NCBI GenBank assembly: GCA_038212275.1
Contig: JBBQUR010000013.1
Coordinates: forward strand, 1-64,000
Length of the DNA: 64,000 nt
Origin: Planctomycetota bacterium
Lineage (GTDB): Bacteria; Planctomycetota; B15-G4
Direction: 5' to 3'
Both the position numbers and the translations under genes were made by a program. The notes under the pieces are model-generated. The model ran no database searches. It saw only the letters and a list, made by a program, of their open reading frames with translations, and had not been told where the DNA came from. Positions 9,490 to 19,700 of the stretch are shown in pieces. Numbering within the stretch: position 1 is the first letter of the stretch; each line of letters starts with the position of its first letter.

Positions 9490-9990
9490 ATGGAACGCTG
9501 GTCCATCGAGATCGAGAAGGAGTACCTCAAGTTCTCCGCCGCGCACTTCCTGCTGTTCCCCGACGGAACGGCGGAGAGGCTGCACGGCCATAACTACCGG
9601 GTCTTCGTGGAGATCGATGCCGCGCTCTCCGGTTTCGGCCTGGTCATGGACTTCAAGCGCGTCAAGCCCGTGATCCGCCAGCTGGTCGACGAACTCGATG
9701 AGCACTGGCTCGTGCCCGGAGAGAATCCGGCGCTGCGCGTCACGCGGCGTGGCGACGGCATCACCGAGGTGCACTTCGCCGAGCGCTACTACGCCGCACC
9801 CGACGCGGACGTGATCGTCATGCCGATGAACAACGTGTCGGCCGAGAACCTCGCCACGTGGATCGGGCGCGAACTCATCCGTCGCCTCGCTCGGACCTTC
9901 GGTGACGTCGAAGTCCGCGTGCTGCGATGCGCCGTCGAGGAGACCGCGGGCCAGCGCGGCGTGTATCACCGACACGCCGACGAGCGCTGA
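9490..9990 (+). CDS. 6-pyruvoyl-tetrahydropterin synthase family protein (QueD fold), PTPS-III-type ExxHGH motif
   Basis: FSAAH, ERLHGHNY, DF, LDEH, SAENLA and VEET motifs. Confidence 0.88.
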   Translation: MERWSIEIEKEYLKFSAAHFLLFPDGTAERLHGHNYRVFVEIDAALSGFGLVMDFKRVKPVIRQLVDELDEHWLVPGENPALRVTRRGDGITEVHFAERYYAAPDADVIVMPMNNVSAENLATWIGRELIRRLARTFGDVEVRVLRCAVEETAGQRGVYHRHADER

Positions 9991-9998
9991 GCGATCTC

Positions 9999-10751
9999 GT
10001 GGCGCGAAACTCCGGGAAGCCTGAACCCGACAGGCAGCCTTCGTCCCGGCCTCTGCGACTGCTCCTCACCGGATTCGCGCCATTCGGCGGCGAAAGCATC
10101 AACCCGAGTCGCGAGCTCGTGCTGGCGCTGCAGGCCGGCGCGCCCCTGCATCCGCGTCTGCAGCTCTGCACGGAGATCCTCCCGGTCGACCGCACGCTCG
10201 TGACGGACGCACTCCACGATGCCATCGACCGACATCGGCCCGACGCCGTGATCTCCGTGGGTCAAGCCACGGGCCGACCGAACGTGGACCTCGAAAGCAC
10301 GGCGCGCAACGTCCTCGACTTCGGCGACCAGCGCGACAACGGCGGCCACGAGGCGCATGGCGAGGCCTGGCTGCCCGGTGCGCCGCCGCAGCGTCGCGTG
10401 CATCTGCCGCTCGGAGCACTCGCTCGCGAGCTGGTCGACTGCGGCCTCCCCGTCGCCGTCTCTCGCGATGCGGGTCGACACCTCTGCAATGCGACTCTCT
10501 ACCTGCTCCTGCACCGCTACGCCGAGGTGCCTGCCTTCTTCATCCACGTGCCGCTGCTGCCCGAGCAGGCGTCGCGCCGCGGCAAGGGCGAACCGAGTCT
10601 CGCCGCGGACATCAGCCGTCGCTGTCTCGAGCAGGTGCTGACCCGGATGCCGGAGCTGCTGGCGCAGCGTCCGGCGCCGCGCTCGCAGGAGCTGCCTGAG
10701 GAGGCACGCGCGGTCGCGCCGCAGGACGCTCCGAAGGACGCGCCGGCTTAG
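9999..10751 (+). CDS. pcp: Pyroglutamyl-peptidase I
   Basis: LLTGFAPFGGESINPS, with the catalytic E (LESTARN), C (DAGRHLCN) and H (FIHVP). Start uncertain (GTG 9999). Confidence 0.88.
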   Translation: MARNSGKPEPDRQPSSRPLRLLLTGFAPFGGESINPSRELVLALQAGAPLHPRLQLCTEILPVDRTLVTDALHDAIDRHRPDAVISVGQATGRPNVDLESTARNVLDFGDQRDNGGHEAHGEAWLPGAPPQRRVHLPLGALARELVDCGLPVAVSRDAGRHLCNATLYLLLHRYAEVPAFFIHVPLLPEQASRRGKGEPSLAADISRRCLEQVLTRMPELLAQRPAPRSQELPEEARAVAPQDAPKDAPA

Positions 10752-12150
10752 CGGGAGACTCGGGAGACGACGCCGCGGCCGGCTGCGCGTTGGTTGCCGG
10801 CGACGGCCCGTCGCCGCGCGAGGCCCGCACGAGCCCGAGGCGACGGCCGAGTTCCGCCTCCGCGCCGCGCTCGCCAGGCTCATAGAGAGGCGAGCCGCGC
10901 AGCGCGTCGGGAAGGTGCTGCTGACCCGTGAGGCCGCCCGGCACCTCATGCGGATTGCGATACCCCCTGCCGGCGCCGTCGCGCCTGTGCAGTGCGGTCG
11001 GCGCATGGCGCAACGCAGCGGGAACATCCAGTTCGCCGTGCCGCTCGACGGCCAGTCGTGCCGCGAGGCACGCGCGATACACGGCGTCGGACTTCGGCGC
11101 CAGCGCGAGAAAGATCGCCGCCGCGACGAGCGCCGCATCGCCTTCCGGCATGCCGAGGAAACGCACCGCCTCGAGGCTGTCGAGGGCGATGCGCAGTGCA
11201 CGCGGATCCGCCAGGCCGATGTCCTCGCTGGCCATGCGCACGAGCCGCCGCGCAACGACGACGGGATCCTCTCCTGCGAGCAGCAGGCGCTGCACCCAGT
11301 AGGCAGCCGCGTCGGGATCGCTGCCCCGCAGCGACTTGTGCAGCGCGGAGAGCAGGTCGTAGTGGCGCTCCCCCGCGCGATCGTGCGACAGCACGCGTTC
11401 TCCGCGCGCCGCGACGACGTCCGCAGTCTCGATGCCCTGTCGCCCCGACGCTTCCGCGCGATCCGCGGCGCGTTCGAGGTCGTTCAGCAGACGCCGGGCG
11501 TCGCCGCCGGCGTTGCTCACCAGCTCCGCGAGCGCGTCGTCGGCCAACACGAGCTTGCGCGCACCGAGTCCACGCGCCTCGTCCGTCAGCGCGCGCAGGA
11601 GCAGCGCGCGTGCGGAGGCATCGTCGAGCGGCTGCAGGCGCAGCACGGTGAGGCGCGAGAGCAACGCGGCGTTCACGTGAAACGACGGGTGCTCGGTCGT
11701 CGCTCCGATGAGGAGCAACCTCCCGTCTTCCACGGCGTGCAGCAGCGCGTCCTGCTGACCCTTGTGAAAGCGGTGGATCTCGTCCACGAAGAGCAGCGTG
11801 GGGCGCCGCTGGCCCGCAAGGCGCTGCTCGGCTCCCTCGATGGCGGCGCGCACGTCGGCCACGCCCGCAGACACTGCCGACAGCGCCACGAGGTCGTAGC
11901 CGGCCTCCTGCGCCAGCACGCGCGCGAGCGTGGTCTTACCGCAACCGGGAGGCCCCCACAGCAGCAGCGAGCGTAGTCGCTGCTGGCGCACCTGCTGTCG
12001 AAGCGGCGTGCCTTCGCCGAGCAGGGCGCGCTGGCCGAGCAGATCATCGAGGCGCTCGGGTCGCAATCGCTCCGCCAGGCCCGCACGCTCGGCCGCGAGT
12101 CTGCGGCCCGCCGCCTGGAAAAGCGATGGCTCATCGGGGCGGCGGGTCAT
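10612..12150 (-). CDS. rarA: Replication-associated recombination protein A (MgsA/RarA AAA+ ATPase)
   Basis: LAERLRP, GPPGCGKTT, DEIHRF, ATTE.P, SALHKSLRGSDPDA and ASEDIGLAD motifs. Confidence 0.92.
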   Translation of the reverse strand: MTRRPDEPSLFQAAGRRLAAERAGLAERLRPERLDDLLGQRALLGEGTPLRQQVRQQRLRSLLLWGPPGCGKTTLARVLAQEAGYDLVALSAVSAGVADVRAAIEGAEQRLAGQRRPTLLFVDEIHRFHKGQQDALLHAVEDGRLLLIGATTEHPSFHVNAALLSRLTVLRLQPLDDASARALLLRALTDEARGLGARKLVLADDALAELVSNAGGDARRLLNDLERAADRAEASGRQGIETADVVAARGERVLSHDRAGERHYDLLSALHKSLRGSDPDAAAYWVQRLLLAGEDPVVVARRLVRMASEDIGLADPRALRIALDSLEAVRFLGMPEGDAALVAAAIFLALAPKSDAVYRACLAARLAVERHGELDVPAALRHAPTALHRRDGAGRGYRNPHEVPGGLTGQQHLPDALRGSPLYEPGERGAEAELGRRLGLVRASRGDGPSPATNAQPAAASSPESPAKPARPSERPAARPRVPPQAAPASAAPDAAPAAPASGSAPARDSDG

Positions 12151-12324
12151 GACGCTCCTCGCGCGGTGCGCGGACGGTCGAAGGGCAACGTGCCCGCAGA
12201 CGCGCAGGCTGGCGCGGCCTCCGGACCGTGCGTCGGGCAAGTATAAAGACCGCACTCCGCGTGCGGGGGCTCCGGCCTGCCGGGTCGTGCACCGCATCGC
12301 TTCCCGTCCACCGCCCGAGGTCCC

Positions 12325-12735
12325 ATGGTCCGCATCGACATCCGCTACGACGGCCAGCTTCGCTGCACCGCACGCCACGCGCCGTCGGGCAGCACGCTCT
12401 TCACCGACGCGCCGCTCGACAACCACGGCAAGGGCGCGTCGTTCTCACCGACGGACCTGCTGGCTACCTCGCTGGGTGCGTGCATGGCCACGATCATGGG
12501 CATCGTCGCCGAACGGCACGACATCGACCTGACCGGCATGACGCTCAGCGTCGAGAAGGGCATGGTGGCCGAACCGGTGCGCCGGGTCGGAAGCCTGGCC
12601 GTGGAGATCCGCATCCCGATCGACCCGGGCCCGCGCCAGCAGACGCTGCTGCAGAACGCGGCTGCCGCGTGCCCCGTGCATGCGAGCCTTCACCCGGACG
12701 TGGCCAGGCCCGTGACGTTCCATTGGGGCGCCTGA
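12325..12735 (+). CDS. OsmC family protein
   Basis: TDAPLDNHGKG.SFSPTDLL..SLGAC and CPVHASLHP (two conserved Cys). GAGG RBS. Confidence 0.9.
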   Translation: MVRIDIRYDGQLRCTARHAPSGSTLFTDAPLDNHGKGASFSPTDLLATSLGACMATIMGIVAERHDIDLTGMTLSVEKGMVAEPVRRVGSLAVEIRIPIDPGPRQQTLLQNAAAACPVHASLHPDVARPVTFHWGA

Positions 12736-12741
12736 CGGCGA

Positions 12742-13695
12742 CTAGCGCTGGCGCAGCAGCGGAGGCAGTCCCATGACGCGCTTGCCCAGCGCCGAGGCCA
12801 CGAGGTCGCACAGCAGCTGTCCGGTCGCGTTCGCGTTGTCGTGGATCGGGTTCAGCTCAGCGATCTCCAGCGACACCATGCGTTCGGTATCGGCCACCAT
12901 CTCCATGATGAGATGCGACTCGCGCATGTTGAGGCCGCCGGGAACAGGCGTCCCGACCCCCGGCGCGTAATCGGGATCGACGGCATCCATGTCGAACGAC
13001 ACGTGAATGCCGGTCGTGCCGCGCGACACGAATTCGATGGCCTCCTGCATGATCGGGCCGATGCCGCGCTGGTCCACGAGTTTCATCTCGTAGTGGTGGA
13101 TGCCGCTTCGCAGCACGATCTCCCGTTCGCCGTCGTCCACTTGACGGATGCCGATGAGCACCACGTTGTCGGGGTCGATCTTCGGCGAGAAACCGCCCAG
13201 GTTCACGAGCTCGGGCGCGCCGTATCCCATGATCGAGCCCAGCGGCATGCCGTGGATGTTTCCGGATGGGGATGTCTCCGGCGTGTTCATGTCCGCATGC
13301 GCGTCGACCCAGATCAGCCCGATCTTCTCGCCGCGCTTGCGGAAGTGACTCGACACGCCCGTGATGGTCCCGATGGCCATCGAGTGGTCGCCGCCGACGA
13401 CGACGGGCATGACGCCATCGTCGAGCAGCCTCTCGACACGCGTGGCAAGACGGTCGCAGGCGCGCGTGATTTCGCGCAGGTAGCGCGGGCCCTTTCCCGG
13501 GGCGCGGATCTCGGGGATCGGCACGCTGATGTCACCGGCATCGGCGAAGGTGTAGCCGAGGCTCCGCACCTGACCGGCGAGCCCTGCGTATCGCACTGCA
13601 GACGGCCCCATGTCCACGCCACGGCGACCAGCGCCGAGATCCATCGGCACGCCGATCAAGCGGACGTTGCGGGCGGGCGACGGAAGCTCAGGCAT
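12742..13695 (-). CDS. rocF: Arginase
   Basis: GGDHS, DAHADMNTPETSPSGNIHGMP and SFDMDAVDP..APGVGTPVPGG motifs. Confidence 0.93.
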   Translation of the reverse strand: MPELPSPARNVRLIGVPMDLGAGRRGVDMGPSAVRYAGLAGQVRSLGYTFADAGDISVPIPEIRAPGKGPRYLREITRACDRLATRVERLLDDGVMPVVVGGDHSMAIGTITGVSSHFRKRGEKIGLIWVDAHADMNTPETSPSGNIHGMPLGSIMGYGAPELVNLGGFSPKIDPDNVVLIGIRQVDDGEREIVLRSGIHHYEMKLVDQRGIGPIMQEAIEFVSRGTTGIHVSFDMDAVDPDYAPGVGTPVPGGLNMRESHLIMEMVADTERMVSLEIAELNPIHDNANATGQLLCDLVASALGKRVMGLPPLLRQR

Positions 13696-13744
13696 GAGTC
13701 ACCAGGGGGCCTTTTCGGGAGGGTCAACTCTAGCCTGTGGGCCG

Positions 13745-13920
13745 CCGAGGACAAGACATCGCTCCGGGCACCTGCGGGCGTCGAGCCCGGACTCGGGTTC
13801 AAGGCAGCTCGCGCGCGGCAGACGCGGATGCGGGCCGTGCAGGTGATCGGAGCACGTCGAACGCAACGCCGCACGACACGCGGCCCAGTTACCATCACCG
13901 TCGACGGCGTCTTGTCCCGG
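13745..13920. ncRNA. Candidate structured RNA or inverted-repeat element in the divergent rocF / oxidoreductase intergenic region
   Basis: Nested complementary segments: GGACAAGAC 13749-13757 with GTCTTGTCC 13909-13917; GCTCCG 13761-13766 with CGGAGC 13848-13853; CACCTGC 13769-13775 with GCAGGTG 13839-13845. Confidence 0.35.
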
Positions 13921-14021
13921 CAGCAGACCCGCCGGGACGATCCGGAATGCCCGGAACGCAAGCGGAGCTGATCAGCGATCGACGAGCCGGGCCTGGGCGG
14001 CCGGCCGGGAGAACTCCCCTC

Positions 14022-15506
14022 ATGGCGGACAAGCTCGGCAACGGGAGGCGACATCCGCTGTCGCCGGAAGCATGGCCGGATGCCGACGAGGCTGCAGCCA
14101 GCCGCCTGTTCTCGCCGCTGCGCCTCTCGAGCGGACTGCTGCTCGCCGACCGCACCTGGGTGCCTGCGATGGTTCCGTGGCGCGCGAGCGCCGAAGGTGA
14201 CGTGACGCCCGCCGTACTCGACTGGTATCGCCGCTTCGCGGAAGGGCAGCCCGGGACGCTCGTCGTGGAGGCGACCGGCATCCGCGACGTGCCGAGCGGG
14301 CCGCTCCTGCGCATAGGCCACGACCGCTTCCTGCCGGGACTGGCACAACTCGTGCAGACCGTTCGCCAAGCGAGTGGTGGACGCACGGCGCTGCTCATCC
14401 AGCTCATCGACTTCCTGTCGATCCGTCGCAGACCAGAACGTGATCGTTTCCTGCGCGAGTTCCTGCCGCTGACGGACACGCATCGCCGGGCGCTCGAACG
14501 GCGACGACCCGCACTCGCCGGATGCACCGACGCTGCGCTGCGTGACGCCTTGTGCGCACTCGATGACGAGGCGCTTGCCGACGTGCTCGACACGCGCGAA
14601 CTCGAAGCGCTGCAACGCGGTGCGCGCGAGCGGGTCACCGATTGCCACCTTCCGCACATCGCCAGCCTGCCGGCCGTCCTGCCCGGACTGTTCGCGGACG
14701 CGGCCGCGCGCGCCCAGGAAGCCGGCTTTCACGGTGTGGAGCTGCACTACGCCCACGCTTACACGATGGCTTCCTTCCTCTCCCGGTTGAACACGCGCTC
14801 GGACGGCTGGGGCGGTTCGCTCGAGCACCGCGCCCGCCTCCCGCTGGCCGTGCTCGCTGCCGTGCGCGCGCGAGTCGGACGCGACTTCACGGTGGGCATC
14901 CGTTTCCTCGGCGACGAAGGCATTGCGGGTGGCAGCGACGTCACCGACGCGTGCCACTTCGGACTCCGCTTCGCCCGCGCGGGAGCAGACGTGCTGTCCA
15001 TTTCACGTGGCGGCAAGTTCGAAGACGCGCACGTGCCGAAGGTCGGCGAGGCCATCTATCCGTACACGGGACCCAGCGGCGGCCTGTGCATGCCTTCCGT
15101 CTTCGATGAACTGCCGCCCTTCGGACGCAACCTGCCGCTCGCGGCGGCGGTTCGCGCCGGCCTGCGCGCCCAGGGGCTGGACACGCCCGTCGTCGCGGCC
15201 GGTGGCATCAATGGGTACCGACTCGCGGAGGCCGCACTGGCCAGCGGCCATGCCGACCTGATCGGCGCGGCGCGACAGACGCTCGCTGATCCCGACTGGT
15301 TCCTCAAGCTGCGCACGGGTCGCGGCGGCTCGATCGCACGCTGCCTCTACACCAACTACTGTGAGGCTCTCGACCGGCAGCACCGCGAGGTGACCTGCCA
15401 GCTCTGGGACCGCATCGGTCTGGAGACCGACCGGCCGACTCTGACCGCCGATGGGCGTCGCAGACTTGTGGCGCCGCGCGGCGACTGGCGGGCTCGCGGC
15501 TCGTGA
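14022..15506 (+). CDS. NADH:flavin oxidoreductase (Old Yellow Enzyme family)
   Basis: LFSPL, PAM, VVEATG, AGFHGVELHYAHAYTMASFLS..NTR.D.WGGSLE.R, GAARQ..ADPDW and a C-terminal Cys cluster. Confidence 0.88.
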   Translation: MADKLGNGRRHPLSPEAWPDADEAAASRLFSPLRLSSGLLLADRTWVPAMVPWRASAEGDVTPAVLDWYRRFAEGQPGTLVVEATGIRDVPSGPLLRIGHDRFLPGLAQLVQTVRQASGGRTALLIQLIDFLSIRRRPERDRFLREFLPLTDTHRRALERRRPALAGCTDAALRDALCALDDEALADVLDTRELEALQRGARERVTDCHLPHIASLPAVLPGLFADAAARAQEAGFHGVELHYAHAYTMASFLSRLNTRSDGWGGSLEHRARLPLAVLAAVRARVGRDFTVGIRFLGDEGIAGGSDVTDACHFGLRFARAGADVLSISRGGKFEDAHVPKVGEAIYPYTGPSGGLCMPSVFDELPPFGRNLPLAAAVRAGLRAQGLDTPVVAAGGINGYRLAEAALASGHADLIGAARQTLADPDWFLKLRTGRGGSIARCLYTNYCEALDRQHREVTCQLWDRIGLETDRPTLTADGRRRLVAPRGDWRARGS

Positions 15507-15515
15507 ACCGAGCCG

Positions 15516-16058
15516 TCAGTTGTCTTCGGGACTGCCACCCTGAAGCGACATCCAGGCGTAGCGGCCTCCGAGCTCCCGCAGCACCGCCGCCCACAAGTGC
15601 GACGCCGGAATGTCGAACACGTGCGCGGCCCGGGCGGGAGCGATGATCCAGCTTCCCTCCGCGGTCTCGCGCTCGAGTTGTCCCTCTCCCCAGCCCGCAT
15701 AGCCGAGGAAGGCGAGCGCGCGACCCGCCGCTGCCTGCTCCGCGATGACCTCTGAAAGGCTCGCGCCGACGTGGACGCCCGGCACCACGAGTCGCCCGGC
15801 CTCGCCGTCGCGGCTCACAAATTGCAGCACGTCCGTCTGCACCGGCCCGCCTTGCAGGACGGGAATGTCCGCCGCGGAAGCGTCCACGCCGGGCAGAACA
15901 TCCGACAGCCGACTCTCCAATGGCCGATTGAGCACGAGGCCGAAACTGCCACCCGCGTCGTGGTTGACGATGAGCACCACGCCGCGCACGAAGTGCGGAT
16001 CCATGAGCTGCGGGCTGGCCACCAGAAGGCACCCGAGTGTGACTGCGGCGTCCCCCAT
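15516..16058 (-). CDS. YqgE/AlgH family protein
   Basis: LLVASP.L.DP.F, GLVLNRP, GGPV and FLGYAGW..GQLE.E...GSW motifs. Confidence 0.92.
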   Translation of the reverse strand: MGDAAVTLGCLLVASPQLMDPHFVRGVVLIVNHDAGGSFGLVLNRPLESRLSDVLPGVDASAADIPVLQGGPVQTDVLQFVSRDGEAGRLVVPGVHVGASLSEVIAEQAAAGRALAFLGYAGWGEGQLERETAEGSWIIAPARAAHVFDIPASHLWAAVLRELGGRYAWMSLQGGSPEDN

Positions 16059-16257
16059 GCGACGAACTCCCGTGCTCCGGTCGGCTGCAAGGATCGATGG
16101 CTGCGATGATAGACTGCCCGAGCGTCGTCTGCCGAGGTTGTCTCGAGCGTGCTATGCAGAGGCGCACTGGAACGGGATGAGCTCCCGAGCAGTTCGAGTG
16201 CGGCGCGGAGGCCGCGTTCCGTCTCTTCCCGATCCAACCACCCCACGAGGTCATCCA

Positions 16258-16671
16258 ATGTACGATCCGGTCATGGTCGCTCCGATGCGCGACGAACTCA
16301 CTCGCGTCGGAGTCAAGTCCCTTGCCAATGCAGGCGAGGTCGACGGCGTGCTGGCCGACAAGGCGGGCACCACGATGGTCGTGGTCAACTCCGTATGCGG
16401 CTGCGCGGCCGCCAATGCCCGGCCCGGGGTCGCCCTCGCCATGAAGCATGCGAAGCTGCCCAAGAACGCCGTGACGGTGTTCGCCGGCGTGGACCGCGAC
16501 GCCGTCGATCGCGCTCGAAGCTACTTCAAGGGCTACATGCCCAGTTCGCCGTCGGTCGCCCTCATGAAGGATGGCCAGTGCGTGTTCATGCTTCAGCGGC
16601 ACGAGATCGAGGGACGCGATCCCCAGGCGATCGCAAAGAAGCTCACCGACACCTTCGACAAATTCTGCTGA
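16258..16671 (+). CDS. BrxA/BrxB family bacilliredoxin (YphP-like)
   Basis: MY...MVAPMR.EL, NSVCGCAA..ARP, TVFAG.D and PSSPS.AL.KDG motifs. GAGG RBS. Confidence 0.92.
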   Translation: MYDPVMVAPMRDELTRVGVKSLANAGEVDGVLADKAGTTMVVVNSVCGCAAANARPGVALAMKHAKLPKNAVTVFAGVDRDAVDRARSYFKGYMPSSPSVALMKDGQCVFMLQRHEIEGRDPQAIAKKLTDTFDKFC

Positions 16672-16776
16672 GCCAGGCGCCTCGCCGAGTCCCTGGAACC
16701 AGGCTCTTCGTGAGCGTCACCGGCCGCCGCGGTCCCCCGCGGCGGCCGGTGTGCGTTGCAGCGACTCTGCACCGCT

Positions 16777-19700
16777 TCAGCGGTTCGGCTGCGCCGGATC
16801 GAGAAGTCTCCCGCGGTAGCGTTCGTACAGCCGGGTATGCCGTGTCGCGAGGCCGACGTCGCGTCCACCGATGTACAGGTGCGTCAGCGCGCTGCGGATC
16901 TGCAGCGGGTTTCCGTCCGTGACGATGACGTCCCCGCGCTTGCCGGGCGCCAGAGTACCGACACGATCCGAGAGTCCGAGGATCTGCGCCGCGCCTGCCG
17001 TGAGTGCGTACAGCGCCTCATCTTCCGGCAGACCGAACGCGACAGCCATCCCCGCGTGGTAGGGCAGGTCGCGCGCCGAGGACGACGCGTTGCTTCGGAA
17101 GCAGATGCGCACACCCGCCGCATGCAGGGCCGCCGCGTTGTGTAGCGGCGCGTCGTAAAGCTCGTGGCGTTCGAACGGGAGCGAGAGCACCGGCCCCACG
17201 ATGACCGGCACGTCGGCAAGGGCGAGCCGATCCGCCACCATCCAGGCCTGCTGCCCGCCGGCGATGATCGGGCGCAGGCCATTCTCCTCCGCGAAGTCCA
17301 GCACATCCATGATCTGGTCGGCCCAGCCGGCGTCGAAGACGACGGGCGACTGGCCCAGCGCGAACGGCGCGAGCGCCTCCAGGCGCGCGTCGTGGCCCGG
17401 GGGCGGCACGCCCCGGCGTTCGGCCTCGCCTGCGACTCGCGCGTACTCGCGCGCATCGGCGAACAGAGCCCGCAACTCCGCCCAGTTGTCGGCGAGCCGG
17501 TCGCCCAGCGGCCGGTCCTCGTCACTCTCCATGTCTGCATCGTCGTCTCCGTCGGCACCGGACGTCGGCCCGCCCTCGCAGAGATCCACGTGCCCCCCGA
17601 GACCACCGTGCCCGCCATGGTCGCTCGCCGGTCCGAGATCCTCGGGCTTCACGATCTCGCGCAGGGTCCGCGGCGCCGAGACGTGAAGCGCGACGCCGTC
17701 CATCACGAGCGCGTCGTTCGCCGTCCAGCCTTCCAGCGCCATCGCGCTCGACAGGCCTGCGATGCGCGCAGCTGACGGGGTCACGAGCGCCGTGGTCGTC
17801 CCGTTCACGCGCGCCACCGCGACATGTTCGGAGTCGGCGTGATACGCGGCCGATGCGCGCAGGTCGGGCTGGTCCGTGCCGATCTCGCGCTGGTCCGCCG
17901 TGCCCTGAACCGAGTCGATCTCGGTGAGGCCGATCTGGCAGCCGGCGTCGAGGAAGCCAGGCCAGACATGCTGGCCGCTCACGTCCACCACGATGAAGCC
18001 TTCAGGTGGCGCGTCATGTCCCGCATAGACGCCGCGGATCGTTCCGTGCTCCATGAGCACGACACCGGGCGCGTACACCGTCAGCGCGTCCCCATCGCGC
18101 TCCATCGTGTGCACCGTGCCTCCGACGAGCGCGATGGCCGGTCCCGCCGGACGAACGGGAGTCGACGGCGCACGCGTCGCGTCACGTACGAGCCCGAGTG
18201 CGGACAGTGACGCGGGGTCCACGTGACGCACCCGGAGTTCCAGCGCCGTCGGAGGCGCTGCAGGGGGCGCGGCCTCGGCTGCCGCACGCCCCGCCGCAAT
18301 ACGATCCACCACCGTCCGGGCAAAGTCGTCGTACCGGTCGGCGCGCCGCTGGAAGTACAGCTCACCATCCACGAAGGTCATCTGGCACTGGGTGCGTACA
18401 TCGAATGGATGCAGGTTGAAGAGCGCGAAATCGGCGTCCTTGCCGACGTCGATGGAACCGACACGAGACTCGATGCCAAGTTGCCTCGCCGGGTTCAGGG
18501 TCACCATCGCGAGCGCCTGCTCCTCCGGCACTCCACCGTACTTGCAGGTCTTCGCCGCCTCGAGGTAGAGCCGTCGGAGGTGCTCATCGCTGTCGCTGTT
18601 GACCGACATGAGCACGCCGGCCTCGTTCATGAGTGCGGCGTTGTAGGGCGTGGCGTCCCATACCTCGAACTTGTACGCCCACCAGTCGACGAAGGTCGAG
18701 CCGCCTGCGCCATGCGCGGCGATCTCCGCCGCGACCTTGTAGCCTTCGAGCACGTGCTGCAGCGTCTTGACCTGGATGCCGAAATCCTCGGCCACTCGGA
18801 GCAGCATGAGCATTTCATCGGCCTGATAGCAGTGACTGTGCACGCCGATGCTGCCATCGACGATGCCCGCCAACGCTTCCAGTCGCAGATCGCGGCGCGG
18901 CACGTCGAGCGCCATGCCGGCGGCGATTCCCGCGCGATACGCGGACCACGTGTCGGCATATTCGCGGCCGGCCTGCAGGGCCCGGCGCAGAACCGCTTCC
19001 ACTCCCATGCGCGTGCGCGGAAATCGTTCCCCGCTGCCTCCGTTGGACTGCTTGGGATTCTCTCCCAGCGCGAACTTCACGCCCCGCGGCGCACCGTCGA
19101 AAACGAGTTCCGGCGCGCTCCTGCCCCAGCGAAGCTTGATGATCTCGTGCCTCCCGCCGATCGCATTCGAACTGCCGTGCAGCAATCGGGCCGTCGTCAC
19201 GCCGCCGGCCAGTGCCCGGTACAGATTCACGTCTTCGGGATCGACCTCGTCTTCGATCGTGCATTCGGGCGTGATCACGCGCGTCCACTCGTTGATGCCC
19301 CCGCGGATCGCCACATGGGAGTGGCAGTCGATGATCCCGGGTATCAGGAACTGCCCGGACGCGTCGATCACTGCCACGCCCTCCGGCGCCTCGAGCCCCT
19401 GACCGATGGCGGCTATCTTCCCGTCCCGAACGAGCAGGTCATGGTCCGAGAGCGATCCGTGACTCACGGTCAGGATGGTCGCGCCGTGAACAAGCACGTT
19501 GCCGCCCGTGCGGAGCTGAGGCACGCGATCGCTGTCCAATTCCACCGGCCACGTGGCGGTTTCTACGGCGATCGACGCCGTCGCTTCGGGTGCGCTCTCG
19601 TGCGTGTTGTCTCCTGCGTCGGAATCGGTGTCCGTGATGCCGGCACCCGCATTCGACTGCTTTTCCTTTCTCCCCTTCTCCGAATGCTTCGGTGCCGGCA

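Noticed and set aside
13749..13762. GGACAAGAC resembles the 3' part of the guanidine-III riboswitch, next to an arginase-family gene
   Set aside because: The required upstream CCG-ACGAGG stem and pseudoknot partner are absent, and the enzyme has canonical arginase motifs
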